DNA of 64,000 nucleotides from Zootoca vivipara (Eukaryota), in contig NC_083276.1 of the NCBI RefSeq assembly GCF_963506605.1, positions 107,136,001 through 107,200,000 on the forward strand, read 5' to 3'. A program made the translations under genes and the position numbers. The notes under the pieces are model-generated. The model made no database searches. It was not told the DNA's origin and saw only the letters and a list, made by a program, of their open reading frames with translations. Position 1 is the stretch's first letter, and every line of letters starts with the position of its first letter. Shown here piece by piece: positions 1 to 38,461 of this stretch.

Positions 1-66
1 GATATTGTCTTAAAGAAAAAATATCGTATTGGATTACAATAAAAATGTGGCGAAGCAGAATCTTAC

Positions 67-25759
<25,693 letters not shown>

Positions 25760-25896
25760 TGCGGGAGCTTGACGAGGGGCGAAACAGCAGCTGCTGAGGT
25801 CGGGAAGCGCTAGAAGTGCACGGTTTCGCCTCGAGTGCGCAAGACTTTGCTCCCGGATATGCAGAAGTTCTCCGTCAGCAGCAGTGGCGGCGCCCC

Positions 25897-25909
25897 GTTA
25901 AATATTAGT
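25897..25909. promoter_or_regulatory. HNF1-like site, -138 to -150 from the DPP4 ATG
   Basis: GTTAAATATTAGT versus consensus GTTAATNATTAAC; an AT-rich patch inside the CpG island at about the position of the known mammalian DPP4 HNF1 element. Confidence 0.7.
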
Positions 25910-26300
25910 GAGGTTTCCAAGCAAGGAGCAAAAACCTCCCGGCTGCCACACAAACACGCTCGGGTCGGGACAGGGAGCCAGGCGCACGGGACGGAGGGAG
26001 GAGCCCGGCGGGGCGGGGAATCCCAGGCAGGCGAGGCGCTCAGAGAGCGCTTGGGCGGGATATAGTCTCTCCCCCCCCCGTGGGCGCCAGTCCAGCTGGC
26101 CTGAGGTAAAGCAAGAGAAGAGCTTGTGCGAATCGGAGGACCTCAAAGTACGGGCGCTGAGGTGAGGGAAGCCCGGATTTGGCGCGCGAGTTGAAGGTAG
26201 GCGCAAGTCTTTGCGCAGGCGCGCAGGTGACTAGGCCACGCCCCTGCGTTCGGTTTCTAAAATGAGGTGGGAGGGCCTGGCTGACTTCCCTTTTTTCAGA

Positions 26301-26514
26301 TTCAGGTAGGTAGCCGTCGTCTGACGCAATCGAAATCGAAATAAAATAAATAATTGTCCAGTAGCACCTTAGACCAACTAAGTTTGTTGTGGTATAAGCT
26401 TTGGTGTGCATGCACACTTCTTCAGGTATGTGTATCTGAAGAAGTGTGCACGCACACGAAAGCTTATACCAGAACAAACTTAGTTGGTCTATAAGGTGCT
26501 ACTGGACAATTTTT
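26301..26514. mobile_element. Penelope-like terminal repeat, head-to-head inverted copies with a hammerhead motif
   Basis: Related to 15568-15950. Plus strand GTAT-CTGAAGA-AGTGTGCACGCACAC-GAAAGCTT-ATAC (26432-26469); the minus-strand copy has GAAA changed to CAAA. Confidence 0.75.
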
Positions 26515-26691
26515 CTCTTTTTCATTTCTCTTTAGGCTCCACTCCTCCACCCACTCAGGAGTAAGCCCCATGGGACTTACGCATGAGTAGACTTGGCTAG
26601 CATGGCACTAAGAAGCCATTCTTCTGAGCTCAGTTCAGTTGCTTCTTCATGGGCAATTGAATGATCATGGAGGTAGAGGCTGTCATGGGGA

Positions 26692-27055
26692 AAAGGTAAA
26701 GGACCTCTAGACGGTTAAGTCCAGTCAAAGGCGACAATGGGGTTGTGGCGCTCATCTTGCTTTCAGGCCGAGGGAGCTGGTGTTTGTCCACAGACAGGTT
26801 TCCAGGTAATGTGGTCAGCATGACTAAACCGCTTCAGGTGCAATAGAAGCCAGAGAGCACAGAAATGCTGTTTATTTTCCCGCCACAGTGCTATCTATTT
26901 ATCAACTTGCACTGGCATGCTTTCAAGTGCTAGGTTGGCAAGAGCTGGGACAGAGCAACGGGAGCTCAACCCATTATGCGGATTTGAACCGCCAACCTTC
27001 TGATCAGCAAGCCCAAGAGGCTTACTGGTTTAGACCACAGCACCACCTGCCTCCC
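26692..27055 (-). mobile_element. Sauria SINE (older, diverged)
   Basis: AAGGTAAAGG tail and head similarity. Confidence 0.8.
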
Positions 27056-27185
27056 AAAATGCTGTGATGTAGTGGAGGGGAAAATAGGGGAGTGCAACTC
27101 CTGGCGGTTCCTACCCCCCCTCCACAGAAGCTATGTGTTCTTGGCCAGAGCTCCAGGTGAGTGAGAGATTCACCTTGCTCTAGCC

Positions 27186-27307
27186 CAGAGTTTCCCAAAC
27201 TTGGGTCTCCAGCTGTTCTTGGACTACAACTCTTACCATCCCTAGCTAGCAGGGATGATGGGAATTGTAGTCCAAAACAGTCGGAGACCTACGTTTGGGA
27301 AACCTTG
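27186..27307. mobile_element. hAT MITE
   Basis: TIR CAGAGTTTCCCAAAC / GTTTGGGAAACCTTG; TSD CTCTAGCC. Confidence 0.8.
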
Positions 27308-28268
27308 CTCTAGCCAGTGGTTCAGATGATAACAAGACCTTCAAGGGTTTTTATTATTATGTTGTGGCAGATTAGCATAGAGGAAGTTAGAAGGTAAATA
27401 ATTAAAAAGAGGCTGCATACTTTTTTCCACTGGAAACAGAATCCATGTACTGAATCACAGAGGAAGTTCTTTGATTTTTATGCTGCATGAATCTGTCTCA
27501 TTATGAGGGGATTCCCCACATTGGATTTTGGTTGCACTAAGCAAACACAGAAGCACAACCTTCAGTTCTTCAACTTTCAGAAGCAGAAACATTAAAATGA
27601 TCTTTGTCTTTGGATTTCCCCCTCCTGAAATGCACCTTATTTGAGTTGTACGGGATAGATATTCCAAATTTCAGAGTCCAAGGATGTGAAGTTCCCTGAA
27701 GGTACGGTAGTAGTTGAGATACCTGGGAAATGTTAACAGAACACAAGCCTCTGAATGGGGATGAGCTTGAAAAGAAAAGTATAAAAAGCAGGTACGTTTT
27801 TCAGAAGAACTTTGTGGGATGATATATGCAAGATAATGTATTATATACCACATTGAAAAGTCTATAAAAAAATGACACATGCAAGAAATGGTTATATAAC
27901 CAGAAATGGCACGTGTGAAATAAATGACATATGCAAAGTGACGTGGAAGAGTGATGAAAGTGACATATGTAAGATCATGTTTTACACACATTAATTGATC
28001 AATGCACCCCATGTTCCTATTCTAATAACTACCATAGAACATAGATTACAATCCTCATTTGTAAGTTTGTGTATTTGCATCTAGCACTTGTGCAAGCAAA
28101 AGGATATTGTTTAGTCAGGAGTGCTGTGACATTAAAAAACTGGTGACATGGGGTTGGCAGCTATTTGTCACATTATTTTTGACATGACATGACCTTAGTA
28201 TACTGACTATTCAATTAAGTCTTCTGAGTGGGTCACAACACAATATCATAGTAGACCATATATTATTA

Positions 28269-28581
28269 AGGTAAAGGTAAAGGGTCCAGTCACAGACAAC
28301 TCAGGGGTTGTGGCGCTCATCTCGCTTTACTGGCCAAGGGAGCCACCGTACAGCTGGTCATGTGGCCAGCATGACTAATCCGCTTCTGGCGAATCAGAAC
28401 AGCGCATGGAAACGTCATTTACCTTCCTGCCAGAGCAGTACCTATTTATCTACTTGGACTTTGATGTGCAAACTGCTAGGTTGGCAGGAGCAGGGACCGA
28501 GCAACGGGAGCTCATCCATCGACCTTCTGATTGGCAAGCCCTAGGCTCTGTGGTTTAGACCACAGTGCCACCCGCGTCCCT
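28269..28581 (-). mobile_element. Sauria SINE
   Basis: TSD CATATATTATTA on both sides. Confidence 0.88.
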
Positions 28582-28957
28582 CATATATTATTACAGCCAA
28601 GATAAAATCAGAAAGCAGCAGCAAAACGAGTTTAAGAATCCTCCCCTTTTTTTACTCGTTAAAAGTTTGTGGTATTTTTGTATGTTTTTAAAGCAAGCAC
28701 AGAATATAATGCTGCCTAAAAACCCGCCAGAGGGGAAAGCAATAAGTGCCAATAGATAAAATTGCAGTTCCATACAGTTCCATTGAATTTAGGGGGGCTT
28801 TCTTCCAGGGACGTGTGTACAGCATTGCAGCCTAAAAGCATGTAATTGAAATCTTGAGAAAATGAAGTCTCTAGCCGGCACAGAGAAGGACCACTATGTA
28901 GGGCAAGCCCCTCTTGGGAGGGTACACCATAATTAAGGTGAAGCTATGACCCTGGTG

Positions 28958-29309
28958 GGACCCAGGTGGCGCTGTGGTTAAACCACTGAGCCTAGGGCTT
29001 GCTGATCAGAAGGTCGGCGGTTCGAATCCCTGTGACGGGGTGAGCTCCCGTTGCTTGGTCCCAGCTCCTGCCAACCTAGCAGTTCGAAAGCACGTCAAAA
29101 TGCAAGTAGATAAATAGGTACCGCTACAGCGGGAAGGTAAACGGCGTTTCCATGTGCTGCTCTGGTTTGCCAGAAGCGGCTTTGTCATGCTGGCCACATG
29201 ACCTGGAAGCTATACGCCGGCTCCCTCGGCCAATAATGCGAGATGAGCGTGCAACCCCAGAGTCGGTCACGACTGGACCTAATGGTCAGGGGTCCCTTTA
29301 CCTTTACCC
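28958..29309 (+). mobile_element. Sauria SINE, full length, young subfamily
   Basis: TSD ATGACCCTGGTGG; nearly identical to the copies at 41029 and 59161. Confidence 0.92.
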
Positions 29310-29668
29310 ATGACCCTGGTGGACAAGAAATGGACATAAATCCTTAAAAGGCAACTAAGTTTATAATATGAGCATATTTTCAGCTGAGGAAGGGTTGAAA
29401 GGGCACCAGCAGATTCCTTTTGCTTGTGTCCATTTGAGAGAAAACCACCAAGGTGCATAATAATTGTAAGGTGATGAGAATCATGGAACCAGGGGCCAGG
29501 TAGAAAGCCTCTGGGGGCTTATTTTTGTTTTCTTACCATTGCCATAATAGTTGCACCTGCCTTAAGTTGCCTTGTAACCGACCTCTATAAGCAGACCAGC
29601 TTGAAATACCATGCACAGATGCTATTCAGTTAGGCATAAAGAAAATATGGGATTGTCTTGAACATTTT

Positions 29669-30417
29669 ATGTAAAGTACTACACTTGGGCAAAAAAATGA
29701 AAGGCACAAATACAGGATGGGAGACACCTGGCTTGAGAGCAGTACTCGTGAAAAGGATCTAGGAGTCTTGGTAGACCACAAACTTGACATGAGTCAGCAG
29801 TGTGATGCAGCAGCTAAAAAAGCCAATGCAATTCTGGGCTGCATCAATAGGAGTATAGCATCTAGTTCAAGGGAAGTAATAGTACCACTGTATTCTGCTC
29901 TGGTCAGACCTCACCTGGAGTACTGTGTCCAGTTCTGGGCACCACAGTTCAAGAAGGATACAGATAAGCTGGAACATGTCCAGAAGAGGGCAACCAAAAT
30001 GGTCAAAGGCCTGGAAACGATACCTTATGAGGAACGGCTTAGGGAGCTGGGTATATTTAGCCTGGAGAAGAGAAGGTTAAGGGGTGATATGATAGCCATG
30101 TTCAAATATATAAAAGGATGTCATATAGAGGAGGGAGAAATATTGTTTTCCGCTGCTCCAGAGAAGCGGACACGGAGCAATGGATTCAAACTACAAGAAA
30201 GAAGATTCCACCTAAACATTAGGAGGAACTTCCTGACAGTAAGAGCTGTTCGGCAGTGGAATTTGCTACCAAGGAGTGTGGTGGAGTCTCCTTCTTTGGA
30301 GGTCTTTAAGCAGAGGCTTGACAGGCATATGTCAAGAATGCTTTGATGGTGTTTCCTGCTTGGCAGGGGGTTGGACTGGATGGCCCTTGTGGTCTCTTCC
30401 AACTCTATGATTCTATG
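29669..30417 (+). mobile_element. CR1 LINE, 5'-truncated 3' end
   Basis: ORF 29717-30346 (EKDLGVLVD...[17 protein letters not shown]...[10 protein letters not shown]); ends in the CTCTATGATTCTATG octamer tail. Confidence 0.93.
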
Positions 30418-31442
30418 TCATACTGGCTAATCATGCCTTGTGAGGGTATGGTAGCTAAACAGATTAAGGTCAACGTTATGCCTGGTGGTTTTTATAAAAT
30501 TTCTGTTTAACAGTCGCCATCATGATCAGCCTTTAAAAAACAGGAGTGGAAGCAGCTGCTTTCTGGTCAGAGCTGTATTGGCCCTGCAATTTGATAATAA
30601 GCGCCAACAGGAAGGAAAGTTGGTTTGTTTCAGCCACAATAAATCTTTCAGCAAGTTCGAGATTTCTTCTCTTACCTCTGCACCGATTGTTGTTTCTCGT
30701 TCCCCCATCCACCTCACCCTGCCAAAAAGTTATGACAAAGGGCTGATTATTTTTTCCATGTCCGAACCTGATAATGTGTTCATTATGAGGGAAGGCATGT
30801 ACGAAATTTTTTTAATAATGCCCAAATGGATAGGAAAAATGTGGGTAAACAAAAAGCACAATTTCCTGCACCCTTAAAAGCTTTCAAAGCAAGCACCCAT
30901 ATATTCAAGGCATAGGCACAAATGTTCATTGCCAGGAAATAAGCATATGTCTAAAAAAAACAAACTCTGAGAACTCAGGATTTAATAATGAGAAGAAGAA
31001 AAATATTTAGAACACATTCTGATAATGAGAACTAAAATCTATTGCAAATCTATCATGGAGAGGCTTTAAAGAGTTTTCCATTTCATTTAATTACCTGAAA
31101 ACAATAACTGGTATTCAAAATGCTATGAAGAGACGCAAAAGTGTGATTTATTTCAAAACTCACTAGCTACACATGTACAAGTGTTTGTGTGAAAGAGAGT
31201 ACACTTACTGATTTGTTCAGCTCAGCTATTTTGCACACACACCCACACACAGTAATTGAACACTGCATGTGAATAGCCATACAAATGTACAGCTCAAGTA
31301 TTTCTGTACACATATTGTACACTTGTTGAATGTACAATGTGAAAATCCCTAAGAAGTGGACAAAGAAGAAGAAGGAAGAAGGTTCTTATTTTTCTGGACA
31401 TACAACCACACTCATATCCTTGTACAGGAGAAGAACAATATA

Positions 31443-31531
31443 CATAGCTGCCAAGTTTTCCCTTTTCTCGCGAGGAAGCCTATTCAGCATAAGGGAAAAT
31501 CCCTTAAAAAAAGGGATAACTTGGCAGCTAT
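31443..31531. mobile_element. 89-bp hAT MITE
   Basis: TIR CATAGCTGCCAAGTT/AACTTGGCAGCTATG; 8-bp TSD ACAATATA. Confidence 0.85.
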
Positions 31532-31796
31532 GACAATATATTGAGTCCAGTGCTTGCATAATGTGGCATGGCATTTTAAAACATCATTTCTTTACACTTA
31601 GAAAGTTTAGGTGGTCCCAGCAATTGTGGATGTACCCACACCTGCCCAATGATGTGGTCGTATTCCAAGCTCACAGTCCTGACTTCATTCACCTGTGGCA
31701 TGTGCAGGGAGAAAAAGACATCATCAAATCAAAGGGAGGTTTTTCAAATATGTATCAGAAAACCACAAGCACCTGTGTGGATGGCAGGATCTAGAA

Positions 31797-31932
31797 CAGG
31801 CTTCCTCAACCTCGGCCCTCCAGATGTTTTGGGACTACAATTCCCATCATCCCTGACCACTGGTCCTGCTAGCTAGGGATAATGGGAGTTGTAGGCCAAA
31901 AACATCTGGAGGGCCGAGGTTGAGGAAGCCTG
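31797..31932. mobile_element. hAT/Charlie MITE
   Basis: TIR CAGGCTTCCTCAACCTCGGCCCTCCAGATGTTTT; TSD ATCTAGAA/ATTTAGAA. Confidence 0.85.
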
Positions 31933-34900
31933 ATTTAGAATCAACCTAGATTGAAAGCAGGTATGTTGAAAATGAGCATGAATGATTCCAGATTGAGAAA
32001 AGCTACATTTTTGTATTGCAAGCAGGTTCATGTGTATGCAGCCCCATTTTTAATGCTGCACTTTGATCTTTCAATCTGCCACAGAGGTACATTTCGATGG
32101 CACCTGGCAGCATCAGACTGTCACCAACAAGGGATCATTTAGTACAGTGAAACAGGGTTTATGTAACACTCACCTTAATGAAATCACCTGCAATGAGCTC
32201 AAGACAAGAGAGCCTTCTTATAAAAATGATACATTATTTTTATAACCTCATTGTCAGTTGATCCATTTTTCTCTTTCTGTGTCTTTAAAATATTCTGCTT
32301 AATTTATGTTGCTTTGCTTTTAATTGAGATTCTGCACAACGCTGATATTTTTTAATATGAGTTTGTGGTATAGAAGTGAATGCACAGTAATAGACAGGTG
32401 TTGATGATAAACCGGTTTTGCAAATGAACCTAGAGGAAATGTGATTTCTCCACACTTTACAGAAGATTAGCATGCTCCATTTGTTTCATATCAGTGACAA
32501 CAATGGTTTTAGTCATCCAGGAGCTCCGTAAGATAAATGTGTCTCTAATATAAAACCTCTGCTGTGGTTACTTTTTTGATTATCAAAATACATTTCTTGT
32601 CAAACGCTACCAAAAATTAACCCTATGAGATACACACTGTATTTCCTAATGAGCAAGTTTCAGGGCAACTGAAGTGAATACCTGTGCAATTTTTACTGAG
32701 TTTTAGTAAAATGAAAAGCATTTTCTCTAATTTTTCAAGTTTCAGAAATTATGCATTTTTTAGAAATGGTGGGTGCATATGCCATGTCCTGCTTTTCTGC
32801 TATCTGTCCAGTGCTTGAACCATAAAAATTGGAACGGGAAATACAGTACATTGTTACAGGCTCATCACTTGTCCCCTTACTCTTAAGCAGAACCGTAAAC
32901 CAGTTCAGATAGATGCTTGCTTAAATCTGCTTTCAAGGGTTGCTACTCAAATGTCATTTCACTCTTTCATTCACAACAGAATGGTAGCAGGTATCATCCA
33001 CTACAAAACAGCACAAAGCCTTGGTAAATCTGGCAACTAACCTTTACACACTGGCCTGGAAGCTCATCCCACTGAACTAAATGCAGCTTGCTTCTGAGTA
33101 GACAGGCATATATAAAGGCACTATAAAATGCCTGAACAAAAATGAAGCAAAAGCGCTTATCTCCGAAAAGATGCAGGATAAATAATGGCTTAAAGGGGGA
33201 AAGAAGCACATTAGTATTGAAATATACGTTGAGGATAAAAACCCAGAAAGAAGGAACATATGAGGCAGAGGAATGCTCCAGATGTAAAGGCATAATGTGG
33301 AAAAAACATCTTTTGTGGGAAATATTTTTAGTCAGATTTTCTTTAACTGCCACCAGCTTTATGAAATGAAACATTCCAGGTAATGCCTTGTTGCATTTTT
33401 CATGGTGTTCCCATGTTTTAATGCAAAAAATGAGGCTGGGGGCAGCAGCAGTCAAACAAGGGTCCATTGTTTCCCTTTATCATGGAAGAGATTTCTGCAG
33501 GTCTGCAAAAAATGCAAGAGCCAAAGGTCAAACTGTTTCCTCTTCTTCACTGATATTAATGGCAAAGCTCCAGAAAAATAGGCATCCTGACATTTCAGTT
33601 GGGATCACTGAATCCTTTGTTTGCAAACTAACAGATTATGTTCTGTACTTTTTGTAGGGAGCTGCTTCCAAAACTGTGGAGGATGACCTGGCCTTATCAA
33701 TCCCAGCAGGTATATAAGAGGACGACCTGGCCTACCCAGGCTGGCCGGCGGCCTGCCCTTACTAGCTGCTTTGCTTCTCAATATTCTCTGGTTGGTCTCT
33801 GTTATTCTCTCCTACCGATGGAGAACCTACAAAGGACTCTATAAGGGCTCTTGTGTACCCCATAAGGGAATAAGGGCAGATTTTTTTTACAACACAATAT
33901 ATATGTGGCTGCTATGCACTTCCTTGTCAAAGACACAATATAACAGCATTTGTGAGGTGTGCCTATAAAAGCTATTTTGAAATTCCCCTGGGCGACCAAG
34001 ACAAGAAATGGGCTCCACAAACGCAAGAACTACAAGCACAAATTCTTACCTGAATAACAACAGCTTGTAGATACTGTGTATTGCAAGGAAATACATTTTT
34101 TTTTGCATACCTCCAACTGTACATAGATATACATGTCATTTCCAATGCTATACATGTCATGTTGAATGCTATATAAGTCACTTACATTATAGTCATCTTG
34201 TACTACTTTGGCTATGTGTTTAATAAAATACTGAATTCTTGCATTGTGAAAAACAAAGATTATGGTGAAAAGTGAAAAACATGAACTGCACAAAAAACTA
34301 GAGCTTACAGAACAAAACCAACTTCGGATATGAAACCAGCACGTTGAAATTAGATTAGAACAACTGCAGGTGTTAATGCAACAAAAAATTTGTTTCCCAG
34401 TGATAAATTTCCTTGTTTGTATGAGCTTCAAGAATCCGTCACCTCATGTTCCACCTTTCACTACCTCTGCCACCTCTCCATTCTGCCCTGTAAGAACAAC
34501 TGCACAAACCACTCACCCAGTTCCTGACACAAGTAATGATGTAGAGGAGGGCCAACATGGAGGAACATAGTTCCAGGACTTTCTCCTGGACAGTAATGAT
34601 GATGTCATATACTGCAGCACCTGTCATGACTCCAGAGTCCAGAAGGAGTCAGGGCACTGAGTTGGCTAATGAGCCAGCCCGGGTTACTGGTTCTAAGCCT
34701 GCTGCTGCTGGTCAGGGAAACACCAGACCTGAGGCTGACAGGCAGAATTCATTGAAACAGATGCCGCAGCACCCAAGCATCTTGAACTGGAACCAGGACC
34801 CTCACAGGTGCCTTTCCCTGAGCCTGAGGAACCAGATGCTACCACACCAGTCCAACAGCTCCCGGGCAGAAAGCCACAGAGCACAGCAGACATGCCCATC

Positions 34901-36917
34901 TTCAGACCAGAGATCTTAGTTCTGCTGAAGGGGTGGAGCCTAGGAGGGGTGGACTGGAAGCAGAGGCTCCGAAGACCTCAGCTCACTGCCAATCTTTGTC
35001 AGATAAAGTGGCTCACTAGGAGCTCTCCATGGTACTTGGTGGGCACCTTTGCAGTTCCAGAACAAACCATCACAAGGATGACTGAAAGACCCTCCTTGTC
35101 CTGTTGATTGAGTGAGGTGATACTGAGGCGTCCATGTTTTTCTGTTGCCTGTGATATATTAGCATAGTCTGAGACTGAGTTTGTCCTGCTATTCTAAAAC
35201 TGACGCCAGAGTCCAATGAAAACAGTTCCGTGAGTGGTTTTTGTTTTTGTGTTTTTGACACTCTTCCTGGAGGCATGACTATGGAGGATGTCTGGATGGT
35301 CTCCTGCACCTTGAAATGTACAGCTACACTACTGACTCATCCATGCCCCCTCTCCATCTTACCTGGCATGCTATTTTTATGTCCTCTGAGGTCTGACCCT
35401 ACCTGGCCCAACTAGTGTCCAGCTAAGTTCCTCCATTACTATCCTAATGAGAGGGCCATGTTGGTCTGGAGACAACAAGGAATGATTTTCTTTGAAGATA
35501 TTGTAGGCACTTGCCCCCCACCGGGCTGGAAGTGATAGCATCTTGAAGTTAGGTGAACCATAGCAGAGTTGTTTTGTATGTGAGTTTGGATGACATTGGA
35601 GAAAAGGAGACACAGAGAGGCTCATCTTTATCTGCGGTTTTTGTTGCAAAGCTGTGGTGTGGACAGGCTCCCTGGAAACCTTATGGAGAAGCAAGATCTG
35701 TTGGAGTGTTAATGCTGCGACTCTTTCCACCCCATGATCAGGTTTTATATATGTGTTAATAAATCCATATACAGCTGGCGACCATTTTACGTGTGTCCAT
35801 TTGACGTGTGATTGCCACCACACAGGTCCTTTTGAACCTGGAAGAAAGCAGAATGGGGGTGGAACAGGGCCAGAGTGGGGTACACTTATATACATTTCCA
35901 CCAATGTGTGAGAGGGCTGGGAACACAACCTTTGTGCGAAATGGTCACCACCTGTATCCTAAACCTACTTACTACAGTCTCCTTTGGCCATCATTCCAAG
36001 GAAACTGTGCCCTAGGTAAGTACAGGCACCTCTGGAATCTCTTGAATGACCTCCTTGAGTGAGTCTCCAGGAGCATCTGACTTGCAAAAAGGACGCACAG
36101 AAAGGCGAACTTGATAAACCTTGATCTTATCTAGAAAGGAAATTTTGACAATCACTTTTGCTGATGAGGCTTGCTGATAGTTAAAAGAGATCTAGATGAG
36201 GGCCAATATGTTTGCTTCCTGGAATTTAGCGGCTTGAGGTCATAGTCTGAAAGAGATAACAGACATTTTCTGCTGAAACCTCAGCCTCGCTTCATTTATT
36301 GCTAGTAGTATGGCTCTAGGAAATGTCAAAGTAGTCCTCACAGATGCATCTACACAGAAGTAAGACCCACTGATGTTAATGGGACTTACTTCCAGGTAAA
36401 TCTAGGAGTGCAGGTGGAGGAGCAGCCTGTCCTTGGAATGAAAGGAACCACAGGACATCGGTGTCTTATGTTCCTGTTTGCATTTCTCTAAGGGAAATAA
36501 TGTCTTTATTTGACTGCTTTTCTCAGGTTAGAAGAGACACACACAGATAGAGAAGCCCTTTCTTGCTGCAGTCAATAGACAGTTTACAGAACAGCTTATT
36601 ATGAAGTGGTTTTGTGTTCAATCCTGACATGAGTTCAAGGCAACCGCTAGGGTTTAGATTTTGTTTCCGTTGCAGCCTCTCTACAGTCGAGTTTCATTTG
36701 GGTTCAGATTCAGTCCAACTCTCTGATTACCAGCCACAGGTGTAAAAATAACATTGGCTCACATTCACCTCTCTCCAAATTGTGATGAACTTGTGTGTGT
36801 GTCTCTCTGTGTGTGTGATCATACGGTGAAAAAACATTCCTAGGATTGCTCTGTAAGGGGGAAATGTAATTTTAGCTTGATCTCTCTTACATCCTTCATG
36901 AAGGTCAAATCCAGATC

Positions 36918-37062
36918 ATGCATTTAAAGCACATGACTTCCCTCAAGGAATCCTGGGAACTGTAGTTCGTTAAGGGTACTGAAAATTGTAGCTTTGTGAA
37001 GGGGCAGCTTTGTATAGTTCCCAGGACTCTTTGGAGGCAAGCCATGCAGTTTAAATGTATGG
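36918..37062. mobile_element. Degenerate palindromic MITE
   Basis: CATGCATTTAAA...CCTGGGAACT / AGTTCCCAGG...TTTAAATGTATG inverted arms. Confidence 0.5.
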
Positions 37063-38110
37063 TAGACATTGCATGTTCTTTTGTAATTCAAGAAAATATT
37101 TAATAAAAATTATTTCCAAAAAATAATGTGTGATGTGGATGTGACCTTTATCTGCCTTTTTTGAGGTCAGGGTGGGGCTGTTGTTTTTTTAGCCCTCAAA
37201 AAAAAAAATACATTTTTGAGGATGTCGGTGGTGATATTTGGTGGGGAAACACACTAAACGATCAAGTGCAATAAAGCGAGGCACTTCTGAATAATATTAA
37301 TTGAGACATACGCACTTTAAAGTACAGTGAAAGAGATTTTGGCATACATTTTCTGCATCCTAAGGAATTTGTTTTGAAGGAAGGCAGAGCGGATATGGCA
37401 AAACCGCTTCCACCACACTTCTCATCCTCAAGGAGTCACTTCCAACAGCTCTCTTCTTGCTGTCCATTTGCTTTTAAGTTTGGATAGGATTTTTTTTGGC
37501 AGCAGTCTTTAGAGAGAACTGTAATTACCACCCACCTACAGTTATGAGTCTAAGAGAAATTAGATCCTCGTGCGCATCCCCGTCAGCAATACTCAGATAT
37601 AAACAATACCAGAAGTAACTGCATAAAACTCAGAGCTTCTTAATGCATTCTTCTGCCTTGCATCATGAAGGTTCGGGCTGGATTTTTCTAATAGCTTCAC
37701 TTTAGCATAGCTCTAATCTCCCCACCCCCCACTCCTACCCAGATATACTGACAAACACAGCATAGCATATTATCTACACACCACAAGTGGAATTATTCAT
37801 AGCAGAAACTGAAACTCAAGCTTCACATAGCTCTCTGGGGGGAATTCTCTCGCAGAGACTCCGCGAAGATGCCAGTTGTCAGGCCTCTGTGCTTTTCTAA
37901 CCACAGCAAACGCAATGAAAGGCTGCTTGTCTAACTGGAAAGGTTTGGGTAGAACAAACCGCATGAGAGAAGGAGATCATATGATAAAGGCAATCATATG
38001 CAAAACAAGACGGTGCTGTTTGTCAGGCTGGGGGCGGGGAGGTGGGAGGATGGGCCATGAAAGTGCTATTTAGAGGGAAAGCTTAGGAGATCAGTAAGAG
38101 GAACCTTAAA

Positions 38111-38461
38111 AGGGACGCGGGTGGCGATGTGGGTTAAACCACAGAGCCTAGGGCTTGCCGATCAGAAGGTCGGTGGTTCGAATCCCGGCGACGGGGTGAG
38201 CTCCCGTTGCTTGGTCCCAGCTCCTGCCAACCTAGCAGTTCGAAAGCACTTCAAAGTGCAAGTAAATAAATAGCTACTGCTGCGGTGGGAAGGTAAACGG
38301 CGTTTCCGTGCGCTGCTCTGGTTCGCCAGAAGCGGCTTAGTCATGCTGGCCACATGACCCAGAAGCTGTATGCAGGCTCCCTCGGCCAGTAGAGCGAGAT
38401 GAGTGCCGCAACCGCAGAGTCGGTCATGACTGGACCTAATGGTCAGGGGCCCCTTTACCTT
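38111..38461 (+). mobile_element. Sauria SINE, full length
   Basis: TSD TAAGAGGAACCTTA. Confidence 0.92.

Noticed and set aside
28958-29035. tRNA genes (A/B boxes, GGTTCGAATCCC)
   Set aside because: These are tRNA-derived heads of Sauria SINEs
29006-29197. Recurrent ORFs [14 protein letters not shown]... suggesting a gene family
   Set aside because: They are antisense translations of Sauria SINE copies
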